Shown here: positions 23,505-35,600 of the stretch, piece by piece
Numbering within the stretch: the stretch's first letter is position 1
Layout: every line of letters starts with the position of its first letter
Source: Mustelus asterias
Lineage: Eukaryota
DNA length: 64,000 bases
Direction: 5' to 3'
Assembly (NCBI RefSeq): GCF_964213995.1
Contig: NW_027590217.1
Location: 372,001-436,000 of the forward strand
Position numbers and translations under genes: made by a program
Notes under the pieces: generated by a model
Told to the model about the DNA's origin: nothing
What the model saw: only the letters and a program-made list of their open reading frames with translations
Databases searched by the model: none

Positions 23505-23820
23505 TCACCCCAGTATCCCTGGCCTCTCGCACAGTAATACATGGCGGTGTCGTCCACTCTCAGATTGGTGATTTCTATGTAAGAGATGGTGCTGCCATTG
23601 GACGGGGTAAATCGACCTTCAATTCCAGGCGCGAAATACTTGCTACTTTCTGAACGATAGTACAGTAACCACTCCAGCCCTTTCCCAGTGACCTGTTTCA
23701 CCCAGTGTATGCCATACTGACTGAGGCTGAACCCACTGACTGCACAGGACAGTTTGACTGACTCCCCCGGCTTTTTCACAACAGACTCGGGCTGGGTCAG
23801 CACGATATCAGACCGGACAC
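23505..23820 (-). CDS. IgW: IgW VH exon with a 20-nt 3' D-like extension
   Basis: Acceptor tttattaacag|GTGTCC. Translates (G)VRSDIVLTQPESVVKKPGESVKLSC...IHWVKQVTGKGLEWL...DTAMYYCAR-GQGYWG with canonical C, W and YYC and no stop. FR1 resembles elasmobranch IgW VH. Confidence 0.95.
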
Positions 23821-23954
23821 CTGTTAATAAAAGAGAGAAAGAAGAGAGTTGACTTTAGTAAACCCCGTTGGATAAACAGATGAATAAAAACGTTGGATAA
23901 AAAGAATCCCTGAGTAATCAGACTGTGTGGGGACAAAGTCCCGGCACCTCTCAC

Positions 23955-24000
23955 CTGTCAGACAGAACAGAAGGACACAGAGATAAGGAGCAGTCCCCAT
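23955..24000 (-). CDS. IgW: IgW heavy-chain leader exon (MGTAPYLCVLLFCLT+G)
   Basis: ATG at 24000; 46-nt hydrophobic signal-peptide exon ending ACAG|GTGAGA in phase 1; 134-nt intron to the V exon. Confidence 0.95.
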
Positions 24001-24079
24001 TGTCCTGTGTATTCAGACACAGACACTCCAGAAACCGGCTGCTTCACAGCCACTTTGTTTGGAGCTGGAGTCAGTGCTG

Positions 24080-24170
24080 TTTAAATAGGGAAGTGGAGTG
24101 AGTGAGGGTCGCACAGCTCAAACTGCAGCTCCACCCACTGAAACCAGAAGCTTCCTGTCCCCGCCTCCAG
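24080..24170 (-). promoter_or_regulatory. VH promoter region: TATA-like box, ETS-like GGAAG words, GC box
   Basis: TATTTAAA at 24080-24087, 80 nt upstream of the ATG; GGAAGT adjacent; CTTCCTG and CCCCGCC at about 24151-24166; no octamer seen. Confidence 0.55.
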
Positions 24171-24321
24171 CAGAGATTTCAATCCTCAACAAGTTATTTA
24201 CTGATCCAACAGGCGGCAGATCAGCAGCAATAATAAGTTTCAAGATCCAGTCACACTTTCTACTATCTATTTCAAAGTTAAACAGTTTGAATAGATCCGA
24301 TAACCTGTGAGACTGCACCTA

Positions 24322-27105
24322 TATATATCTACCTGAGATAGGGACTGAGAGACAGTCAGTGTACAGATATCTCCCTGACAAAGAGGGGACTAAGAGACAC
24401 CAGTCACTGTACAGATATCTCCCTGAGAGAGAGAGAGGGGGAGCTGAGAGACACCAGTCAGTGTACAGAGATCTCCCAGAGAGAGAGGGGGGACTGAGAG
24501 ACACCAGTCAGTGTACAGATAACTCCCTGAGAGAGAGTGGGGCTGAGAGACACCAGTCAGTGTACAGATATTCTCCCTGAAAGAGAGAGAGGGGACTGAG
24601 AGACACCAGTCACTGTACAGATATCTCCCTGAGAGAGAGGGGACTGAGAGACACCTGCTAGTGTACAGATATCTCCCTGAGAGAGAGGAACTGAGAGACA
24701 CCAGTCAGTGTACAGATATCTCCCTGAGAGAGTAAGGGAACTGAGAGACACCTGCTAGTGTACAGATAACTCCCTGAGAGAGAGGAGACTGAGAGACACC
24801 AGTCAGTGTACAGATATCTCCCTGAGAGAGTAAGGGAACTGAGAGACACCTGCGATTGTACAGATATCTCCCTGAGAGAGAGGAGAGTGAGAGACACCAG
24901 TCACTGTACAGATATCTCCCTGAGAGAGAGGGGGGGTCAGAGAGACACCAGTCAGTGTACAGATGTCTCCCTGAGAGAGAGGAGACTGGGAGACACCAGT
25001 CAGTGTACAGATACCTCCTTGAGAGAGACAGGGGACTGAGAGACAGTCAGTATGCAGATAACTCCCTGGGATATAGAGGACTGAGAGACACCAGTCAGTG
25101 TACAGATATCTTCCCGTGAGAGAGAAGGAACTGAGAGATACCAGTCAGTGTACAGATATCTCCCTGAGAGAGAGGGGACTGAGAGACACCAGTCAGTGTA
25201 CAGATATCTCCCTAAGAGAGAGGGGGGACTGAGAGACACCAGTCAGTGTACAGATATCTCCCTGAGAGAGAGGAGACTGAGAGACACCAGTCAGTGTACA
25301 GATATTTCCCTGAGAGAGAGAGAGGGGGGACTGAGAGACATCAGTCAGTGTACGGATATCTCCCTGAGAGAGAGGGGACTGAGAGACACCTGCTAGTGTA
25401 CAGATATCTCCCCGAGAGAGAGGGGACTGAGAGACACCAGTCACTGTACAGATATCTCCCTGAGAGAGAGTGGGGCTGAGAGACACCAGTCAGTATACAG
25501 ATAACTCCCTGAGAGAGAGGGGACTGAGAGATACCAGTCAGTGTACAGATATCTCCCTGAGAGAGAGGGGACTGAGAGACACCTGCTCGTGTACAGATAT
25601 CCCCCTGAGAGAGAGGAACTGAGAGACACCAGTCAGTGTACAGATATCCCCCTGAGAGAGAGTGGGGCTGAGAGACACCAGTCAGTATACAGATAACTCC
25701 CTGAGAGAGAGGGGACTGAGAGACACCAGTCACTGTACAGATATCCCCCTGAGAGAGAGAGGTGGGTCAGAGAGACACCAGTCAGTGTACAGATATCTCC
25801 CTGAGAGAGAGAGGGGGGGTCAGAGAGACACCAGTCAGTGTACAGATATCTCCCTGAGAGAGAGAAGACTGGGAGACACCAATCAATGTACAGATATCTC
25901 CTTGAGAGAGACAGGGGACTGAGAGACAGTCAGTATGCAGATATCTCCCTGAGAGACAGGAGACTGAGAGACACCAGTCCGTGTACAGATATTTCCCTGA
26001 GAGAGAGGAGACTGAGAGACACCAGTCAGTGTACAAATAACTCCCTGAGAGAGAGGGGGCTGAGAGACACCAGTCACTGTGCAGATATCTCCCTGAGAGA
26101 GAGTGGGGCTGAGAGACACCAGTCAGTATACAAATAACTCCCTGAGAGAGAGGGGACTGAGAGACACCAGTCAGTATACAGATAACTCCCTGAGAGAGAG
26201 GGGACTGAGAGACACCAGTCAGTGTACAGATATCTCCCTGAGAGAGAGGGGACTGAGAGAAAGCAGTCAGTGTACAGATATCTCCCTGAGAGAGAGGAGA
26301 CTGAGAGACACCAGTCAGTGTACAGATATCTCTGAGAGGGAACTGAGAGACACCAGTCAGTGTACAGATATCTCCCTGAGAGAGAGGAGACTGAGAGACA
26401 CCAGTCACTGTACAGATATCCCCCTGAGAGAGAGAGGGGGGTCAGAGAGACACCAGTCAGTGTACAGATATCTCCCTGAGAGAGAGATGACTGGGAGACA
26501 CCAATCAATGTACAAATATCTCCTTGAGAGAGACAGGGGACTGAGAGACAGTCAGTATGCAGATAACTCCCTGGGAGATAGAGGACTGAGAGACACCTGT
26601 CACTGTACAGATATCTCCCTGAGAGAGAGGGGACTGAGAGACACCAGTCAGTGTACAGATATCTCCCTGAGAGGGAGGGGTCTGAGAGACACCAGTCAGT
26701 GTACAGATATCTCCCTGAGAGAGAAAGGTCTGAGAGACACCAGTCAGTGTACAGATATCTCTCTGAGAGACAGGGGTCTGCGAGACACCAGTCAGTGTAC
26801 AGATATCCCCCTGAGAGAGAGAGGGGACTGAGAGACACCAGTCAGTGTACAGATATCTCTCTGAGAGAGAGGGGTCTGCGAGACACCAGTCAGTGTACAG
26901 ATATCTCCCTGAGAGATAGAGGACTGAGAGACACCAGTCAGTGTACAGATATCTCCCTGAGAGATAGAGGACTGAGAGACACCAGTCAGTGTACAGATAT
27001 CTCCGTGAGAGAGAGGGGACTGAGAGACAGCCGTCAGTGTACAGATATCTCCCTGAGAGAGAGAGGGGACTGAGAGACACCCGTCAGTCGACAGATATCT
27101 CCGTG
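24322..27105. repeat. About 48-bp minisatellite, about 55-58 copies, just upstream of the VH promoter
   Basis: Unit GAGAGACACCAGTCAGTGTACAGATATCTCCCTGAGAGAGAGGGGACT with variable GA runs. Confidence 0.97.
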
Positions 27106-27109
27106 AATA

Positions 27110-28630
27110 AAGGTGTTACATTGGCAGTTTTCCAATCCTCTTGGACCTTTCCAAATTTAAGGATTCTTGAAAGATTGCTACCAGTACATCCATTATCTCT
27201 GCAGCACTTTCATAGAGTCATAGAGGTTTACATCATGGAAACAGGCTCTTCGGCCCAACTTGTCCATGCTGCCCTTTTTGTTGAACTCCCGAAGCTAGTC
27301 CCAATTGCCCGCATTTGGCCCATATTCCTCTATACCCATCGTACCCATGTAACTGTCTAAACGCTTTTTAAAAGACAAAATTGTACCCGCCTCTACTACT
27401 GCCTCTGGCAGCTTGTTCCAGACACTCACCACCCTCTGTGTGAAAGAAATTGTCCCTCTGGACACTTTTGTATCTCTCCCCTCTCACCTTAAACCAATGC
27501 CCTCTAGTTTTAGACTCCCCTACCTTTGGGAAAAGATGTTGACTATCCAGCTGATCTGTGCCCCTCATTATTTTATAGACCTCTATAAGATCACCCCTCA
27601 GCCTCCTACGCTCCAGAGAAAAAAGTCCCAGTCTATCCAGCCTCTCCTTATCACTCAATCCATCAAGTCCCGGTAGCATCCTAGTAAATCTTTTCTGCAC
27701 TCTTTCTAGTTTAATAATATCCTTTCTATAATAGGGTGACCAGAATTTCCTTTAATATCCTGGGATGCGACCCATCAGGTCCAAGAAACTTATCAGCCTT
27801 TAGCACCATTAGTTTCCTTCGTACTTTGTCTCTGGTGATGGTTATTGTATTAATTTCATGCCCTGTTTTGCCCCTTGAGTATTTAGTATTTTTGGACTGT
27901 GAAGACTGATTGAGTTAAAACATTTATTTAACTCCTCTGCCGTTTTCTAGTTCCCCATTATTATTTCCCCAGTTTATTTTTAAGGGACCGATGCTCACTT
28001 TGGCCTCTTTCTTCCTTTTTATATGTTTAGAATCATAGAATCATAGAGTCATAGAATCCTACAGTGCAGAAAGAGGCCATTCGGCCCATCGAGTCTGCAC
28101 CAACCACAATCCCACCCAGGCCCTATCCACATATTCCTACATATTTACGCACTAACCCCTCTAACCTATTCATCCCGGGACACTAAGGGGCAATTTAGAA
28201 TGGCCAATCAACCTAGCCTGCACATCTTTGGACTGTGGGAGGAAACCGGAGCACCCGGAGGAAACACACGCAGACACAGGGAGAACGTGCAGACTCCGCA
28301 CAGACAGTGACCCAAGCTGGGAATCGAACCCAGGTCCCTGGAGCTGTGAAGCAGCAGTGCTAACCCACTGTGCTACCGTGCCGCCCAACGTTTAAAGACG
28401 TTCTGACTTTCCATTTTTATATTATTTGCTAATTTACTCTGATAGTTTACCATCTCCCTCTTCATTGTTTTTGGTCATCTTTTGTTGGTTTTTAAAACTT
28501 TCCCAATCCTCTTGTTATCACTAATCTTTGCCACGTTGTGTGTTTTTTCATTTCAGTTTAATACTGTCCTTAACTTCCTTGGTTAACAATGGTTGACTTG
28601 TCCCCTCCCTAGAATCCTTCTTCCTCACTG
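27110..28630 (-). mobile_element. Nested CR1 fragments and SINE
   Basis: ORF 27368-27700 (QKRFTRMLPG...) inside an older degenerate CR1. Confidence 0.8.
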
Positions 28631-30164
28631 GGATCTTGAAGGCAGTGTGTTGAGACTGTGAGATTCTGGACAGACAGGAAGGATTTGATGGGAGTGGCCC
28701 TTCTCATCACCAGCCAATAAATACAATAAATGCTGTGTTTGCCAGCACCATCCACACCCTGACAATGAATGAAAAAACAGAGATGGCTGGATGGAAGGTG
28801 GATTATATACTTTCTTTCCCAGGATCTAGACAATGAACGTGACATTTGTCTGGGTATTGGGAAAGACTCCTCTCACCATCATGTTCAGCGGTCAGTCTGA
28901 GAGAGGCAGGTCTTTTGACGCAGAGTTTTCAGAAACAGAATACAGACACCAAGAGAGGATTTGGGAAACAGAAGCTCCTCAGTCAGGTGGGCAGCCAACC
29001 GATGCAAGAAACACAATTTTGCGCACCACACTTCAGGGAAGGTGTGAATACCTTGGGTGGCACGGTGGCACTGTGGTTAGCACTGCTGCTTCACAGCGCC
29101 AGGGACCCGGGTTTGAATCCCGGCTTGGGTCACTGTCTGTGTGGAGTTTGCACGTTCTCCCCGTGTCTGCGTGGGTTTCCTCCGGGTGCTCTGGTTTCCT
29201 CCCACATTCTGAAACACATGCTGGTTAGGGTGCATTGACCCGAACAGGTGCGGAACTGCAGCGACTAAGGGAATTTCACAGTAACTTCATTGCAGTGTTA
29301 ATGTAAGCCTTACTTGTAACCAATAAATTAACTTTACTTTTTAACTTTACCGCAGAAAGGAGACAGAGGAGGATTTTACCAGGATGTTATCAGGGATGAC
29401 GGGCTTCAGTTATGAGGAGAAGCCTGAAATGTTTGGACTGTTCCTTTTGGAAATGCCGGAATTCTCTCCTCAAATTTCTCAACCTCTCTCCCCTCCTTTA
29501 AGATTCTCTTTAATCATCACCCTTTGACCGAGCATTTGACCATCTGCCCGAGTATCTCCTCATGTGGTTTGTGTTAAATTTTGTTTTATCGTGCTCCAGT
29601 GAAGCATGTGGGATGTTTTACTGTGTTAAAGATACTCTATAGATACAGGTTGTTGTTGTTGGAACAGAGAAGGTTAAGAGGCTACTGAATAGACGGTGTG
29701 TGGTTTTGATAGGATAGATAGAGACAAATTATTCCTCTGGTGAGTTGGTCAATAACTTGATTTAAAATCATTGACAAAGGATGGGAAAGGGGGAATGAGG
29801 AGAATTGTTTTCACTCAGAGAGTTGTTGGGCTCTGGAATGGTCTCGTGACAAGATGGAGGAAGCTGATCCGATTTTAAAAAGGAGTTAGACAGATCTCTG
29901 AGGAGGAGGAAGTTACAGGATTATAGACAAAAAGCAGGAGTGTGGAATGAAGCATGGCTGCTCTGTCAAAGAACCAGTACAGTCACAATGGGCTGAATGG
30001 CCTCCTTCTGTGCTGGAAGGTTCTAGGATTCTAACTGGAACCAAAGTTCACCTGTGTTCACACTAACCGGCATCGACAGAGTTCATTTCACAAGCTCAGT
30101 ATCTCCCAGAGCACTTTACAGCCTCGGTGTGACTGTTGTAATGTAACCAAGAGAGGAGACAATG

Positions 30165-31132
30165 GCACACAGGAATGTCCAAAAAACAGCAATGTCCCAA
30201 AACAGCAATGTCCCAAAACAGCAATGTCCCAAAACAGCAATGTCCCAAAACAGCAATGTCAGCAAAACAGCAATGTCCCAAAAACAGCAATGTCCCAAAA
30301 CAGCAATGTCCCAAAACAGCAATGTCCCCAAAACAGCAATGTCCCAAAACAGCAATGTCCCCAAAACAGCAATGTCCCCAAAACAGCAATGTCCCAAAAA
30401 CAGCAATGTCCCAAAACAGCAATGTCAGCAAAACAGCAATGTCCCAAAAACAGCAATGTCCCAAAACAGCAATGTCCCAAAACAGCAATGTCCCCAAAAC
30501 AGCAATGTCCCAAAACAGCAATGTCCCAAACAGCAATGTCCCAAAACAGCAATGTCCCAAACAGCAATGTCCCAAAACAGCAATGTCCCAAAACAGCAAT
30601 GTCCCAAAACAGGAATGTCCCAAAAACAGCAATGTCCCAAACAGCAATGTCCCAAAAACAGCAATGTCCCAAAACAGCAATGTCCCACAAACAGCAATGT
30701 CCCAAAACAGCAATGTCCCAAAACAGCAATGATCCAAAACAGCAATGCCCCCAAAACAGCAATGATCCAAAACAGCAATGCCCCCAAAACAGCAATGATC
30801 CAAAACAGCAATGTCCCAAAACAGCAATGTCCCAAAACAGGAATGTCCCAAAAACAGCAATGTCCCAAACAGCAATGTCCCAAAAACAGCAATGTCCCAA
30901 ACAGCAATGTCCCAAAAACAGCAATGTCCCAAAACAGCAATGTCCCAAAAACAGCAATGTACCAAAACAGCAATGTCCCAAAACAGCAATGATCCAAAAC
31001 AGCAATGTCCCCAAAACAGCAATGATCCAAAACAGCAATGTCCCAAAACAGCAATGTCCCAAAACAGCAATGTCCCAAAAACAGCAATGTCCCAAAAACA
31101 GCAATGTCCCAAAACAGCAATGTCCCAAAAGC
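30165..31132. repeat. 16-bp (15-17) tandem repeat, about 60 copies
   Basis: Unit AAAACAGCAATGTCCC. Confidence 0.97.
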
Positions 31133-31464
31133 AAAGAACCAGTCCAAGCACACTACCCCTCCCAACACCCACCCTATTCCCCCCTCCACAACACCCACCC
31201 TACACCTGGCCCCAACACCCACCCAGGACAAGTCAGTGGGTTCTTTCAGAACCGGTCCCCTGTCACACTCGAGATAAAACAGCGGAAAGGCCTTTTTAGA
31301 CGGAGTCTTTATCAGCGACAAGCAGAACACACACCCAGAACCAAACTCAGCCCCATCAGCAATGATTGATGGAAACCGCACTGGAAATGTTTCGCTGACT
31401 GGGCTGCCTCCACACGCAGCAAATTGTTTCTGAGCTGGCAATGTTATCCAGCCTTGAATATCCC

Positions 31465-31594
31465 CCATAAGCTTTCGGAGCGCTGCCCCTTCGTCAGATA
31501 ACCACTCCATCTGACGAAGGGGCAGCGCTCCGAAAGCTTATGGTATTTGCTACCAAATAAACCTGTTGGACTTTAACCTGGTGTTGTGAGACTT
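31465..31594 (+). mobile_element. Penelope-like element pLTR fragment with inverted 5' duplication
   Basis: 31501-31594 matches the reverse complement of about 37256-37349. A perfect 35-bp inverted repeat spans 31465-31499 and 31509-31543. Confidence 0.8.
31507..31543 (+). ncRNA. Minimal type I hammerhead ribozyme motif
   Basis: CCAT-CTGACGA-A-GGGGC-AGC-GCTCC-GAAA-GCTT-ATGG: core CUGANGA/GAAA, stem II, palindromic AGCU stem III, stem I CCAU/AUGG. Confidence 0.7.
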
Positions 31595-31940
31595 TTTTCT
31601 GCTGATCCACAGATTTTGGATATGAACAGCCATCCACAATCCAGTTATAAACAGGTTGTTTGTGAGCACAGAACTAAAGGAAGGAGCTGGGTGAATATCA
31701 TTGTCCCTGTTGTTGGGACAGGTCCTGACGGAGATCGTCAATACTACAGGGAACAGAATGGATCCTGTGAGGAAAGAGGATCCAGACACATTCCTGATGG
31801 AGGTGTGAGGATTGATGAATATTCAGGAGAGTTTCTCCAAGTGTATTTGGCAGCCGGACAGTTTTTCTCCAGAGATTTTCTCGGGAGATTAAATGTATTT
31901 AGAGTTCATGATAGGGGAGAGTTTACAGAGTATCTGGTAA

Positions 31941-32671
31941 GAGATTAAATGGTTGATAATCCCAGGACAGTGTAGATTGTACATGGGCTGTGGAAGGAGA
32001 TTAATTGGGTGATAATCCCAGGACAGTGTAGATTGTGCATGGGCTGTGGAAGGAGATTAAATGGGTGATAATCCCAGGGCAGTGTAGATTGTACATGGGC
32101 TGTGGAAGGAGATTAATTGGGTGATATTCCCAGGACAGTGTAGATTGTACATGGGCTGTGGAAGGAGATTAAATGGGTGATAATCCCAGGGCAGTGTAGA
32201 TTGTACATGGGCTGTGGAAGGAGATTAATTGGGTGATAATCCCAGGGCAGTGTAGATTGTGCATGGGCTGTGGAAGGAGATTAAATGGGTGATAATCCCA
32301 GGGCAGTGTAGATTGTACATGGGCTGTGGAAGGAGATTAAATGGGTGATAATCCCAGGACAGTGTAGATTGTGCATGGGCTGTGGAAGGAGATTAAATGG
32401 GTGATAATCCCAGGGCAGTGTAGATTGTACATGGGCTGTGGAAGGAGATTAATTGGGTGATAATCCCAGGACAGTGTAGATTGTACATGGGCTGTGGAAG
32501 GAGATTAATTGGGTGATAGTCCCAGGACAGTGTAGATTGTGCATGGGCTGTGGATGGAGATTAAATGGGTGATAATCCCAGGGCAGTGTAGATTGTACAT
32601 GGGCTGTGGAAGGAGATTAATTGGGTGATAATCCCAGGACAGTGTAGATTGTACATGGGCTGTGGAAGGAG
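31941..32671. repeat. 56-bp minisatellite, 13 copies (same unit as 17490-17965)
   Basis: Unit ...GGAGATTAA(A/T)TGGGTGATAATCCCAGG(A/G)CAGTGTAGATTGT(A/G)CATGGGCTGTGGAA. Confidence 0.97.
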
Positions 32672-35600
32672 CCTGATTCATGGGTTGACTGGCATTTCCA
32701 GTTCAATGTTTCTGGGTCACAGGGTGAATTCCCTGTGTTGTTAACCAGTTAATCAGCACCTTCAATCTGAGGTCATCTCAATTTTCCTGATGAACCAAAC
32801 CAATGTCTTTCTTGAAATACTTGACCAAGTTCCTCAAGATTTCAGCTGAAGAATCTCCAGTTTAGAGACAGTTTAATGCTGTTCCTGTCCAAGGGACAGA
32901 TTGTTCTCCACTCGAGCAGGGAGATTGGGTTTTGAGCCTCTTTTACCTTCAAACATTCGGTCCTGTTGGCCTGGTCTCTTTTGGGTAAATTTAAGAATTG
33001 TTTATTGGTGTGGGTCACGAAATCAGAACCGTATTTCCATATGTAAAACACTGTGCTTATTCTTTTTAGTAACACTGCTCCCTCTGGGAGGCCCCCTGTT
33101 CAGTTTAAGTGGTGCCGCTAACTCCTACAGGAAGCATAAGGAGAAGGAAATAGACCTGAGGTTGTTGCCAAGTTTCACATGTCTGAAAGCGAAGAGTGAA
33201 AATATCAAACCTGTTTCTCATAACTCAACAGCTGCACATTGAGAGATTCTGCTCAAAGACATTGGAGAATCAGAATGGGAGTAGACCATTCGGCCCCTCG
33301 ATGCTGTTCTGTCATTCAGTTCAACCATGGCTGATAGAAATATAGAAACTAGAAGCAGGAGGAGGCCCTTCAGCCCTTCGAGCCTGCTTTGCCATTCATT
33401 ATGATCATGGCTGAGCGTCGAATTCAATATCCTGATTCCCCCCTTCCTCCCATATCCCTTGATCCCTTTCGCCCCAAGAGTGATATCTAATTCCTTCTTG
33501 AAATCACACACCGCTTTGGTAGTGAATTCTACAGATTCTCCACCCTCTGGGTGAAGACATTTCTCCTCACCTCAGTTCTAAAAGGTTGACCCCTTATCCT
33601 CAAACTATGACCCCTAGTTCTGGGCACCCCCCACCATTGGGAACATTCTTTCTGAATCTACTCTGTCTCATCCTGTTAGAATTTTATAAGTTTCTGTGAG
33701 ATCCCCTCTCACTCTTCTAAACTCCAGTGAATATAATCCTCACCGACTTAGTGTCTCCTCATATGACAGTCCTGCCATCCCAGGAATCAGCCTGGTAAAT
33801 CTTCACTGCACTCCCTCTATAGCAAGGACATCCTTCCTCAGAAATGGACACCAAAACGGCACACAGTACTCCAGCTGTGGCCTCACCAACAATTGCACCT
33901 GTACCTTGACTCCATTCAACTGCCTTGTTTCTAGATCCTTCAATTCTTGTACTTTAACCAAATTCTGTCAATCCCAATATTGAGTTTTCCAGTTGACATT
34001 CCAGCCTCAATATCGTTTCAGGTTTGAGATTTCCAGATGTTCACCATGCTTTGTGTGAAGAAATACTTCCTGAAATCACCCCTTAACCACCTGGCTCAGA
34101 GCTTTAGGTTCTGTCCACTTGTTCTCGACAGCCCCAGCCCCCAGCAAGGAGATAGTTTCCCTCGATATACCCCAGCAAATCTTTTCATGAACTGAAACTC
34201 CTCAAGTCGATAGTCCTTTAATCTTCTATTTTGATTTGATTTGATTTATTATTGTCACATGTATTAACAGACAGTGAAAAGTATTGTTTCTTGCGCGCTA
34301 TACAGACACAGCACACCGTTCATAGAGAAGGAAAGGAGAGGGTGCAGAATGTAGTGTTACAGTCATAGCTCGGGTGTAGAGAAAGATCAACTTAATGCGA
34401 GGTAAGTCCATTCAAAAGTCTGACAGCAGCAGGGAAGAAGCTGTTCTTGATTCGGTTGGTACATGTCCTCAGACTTTTGTATCTTTTTCTCGACGGAAGA
34501 AGGTGGAAGAGAGAATGTCCGGGTGCGTGGGGCCCTTAATTATGCTGGCTGCTTTTGCCGAGGCAGCAGCAAGTGTAGACAGTCAGTGGATGGGAGGCTG
34601 GTTTGCGTGATGAATTGGGCTACATTCACGACCTTTTGTAGTTCCTTGCGGTCTTGGGCAGAGCAGGAGCCATACCAAGCTGTGATACAACCAGAAAGAA
34701 TACTTTCTATGGTGCATCTGTAAAAGTTGGTGAGAGTCGTAGTTGACATGCCAAATTTCCTTAGTCTTCTGAGAAAGTAGAGGCGTTAGTGGGGCTTTCT
34801 TAACTATAGTGTCGGCATGGGGGACCAGGACAGGTTGTTGGTGATCTGGACACCTAAAAACTTGAAGCTCCCGACCCTTTCTACTTCGTCCCCGTTGATG
34901 TAGACAGGGGCATGTTCTCCTTTACTCTATTTCCTATATTTGAGGGAATATGAGTCTAATCAATGCAGCTTGTTCACAGAATTTAACCCTTTCTGCCCTG
35001 ACACCATTCTGGTAAATCCCACTCCAAACCCAGTCCATCCTTCCTGAGCTGTGGTGCCCAGAACTGAACACAATTCTGTACAAGTGATCAAACCAGAACT
35101 CTATTAAACTGGAGCATGGTGTCCACCGCTTTGTGTTCCAATGTTCATCACCAGACACTGCACATTGAGAGATTCAGTTCAAATCTGCTCTAATTAAAAC
35201 CCAAAACCTACCAGTTATCACTCACACATGAAGTATGAGGAATGGCTGAGGACTCTGGGTCTGTACTTGTTGGAGTTTAGAAGGATGAGGGGGATCTTAT
35301 TGAAACCCACAGGATACTGCGAGGCCTGGATAGAGTAGACATGGAGAGGATGTTTCCACTAGTAGGAACAACTGGAAGCAGAGGGCACAACCTCAGGCTA
35401 AAGGGATGATCCTTTAAAACAGGAGGAAATTCTTCAGCCAGAGAGTGATGCATCTGTGGAACTCTTTGCCACAGAAGGCTGTGGAGGCCGGGTCATTGAG
35501 TGTCTTGAAGATAGAGATAAATAGGGTCTTGATTAATAAGGGGATCAGGGGTTATGGGGAAAAGGCAGGAGAATGGGGATGCGGAGCAGACTCGATGAGC

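Noticed and set aside
24319-27360. Long repetitive ORFs (also 30096-31510, 49822-52007, 54231-54902, 60328-61983)
   Set aside because: They are translations of stop-poor tandem repeats, open in several frames and on both strands.
33140-33182. QPQVYFLL resembling an Ig C-domain start; VYWC motifs on the opposite strands at about 33000 and 49570
   Set aside because: Wrong splice phase and no other Ig-fold residues. VYWC is just the reverse complement of the CACCAATAAACA word.
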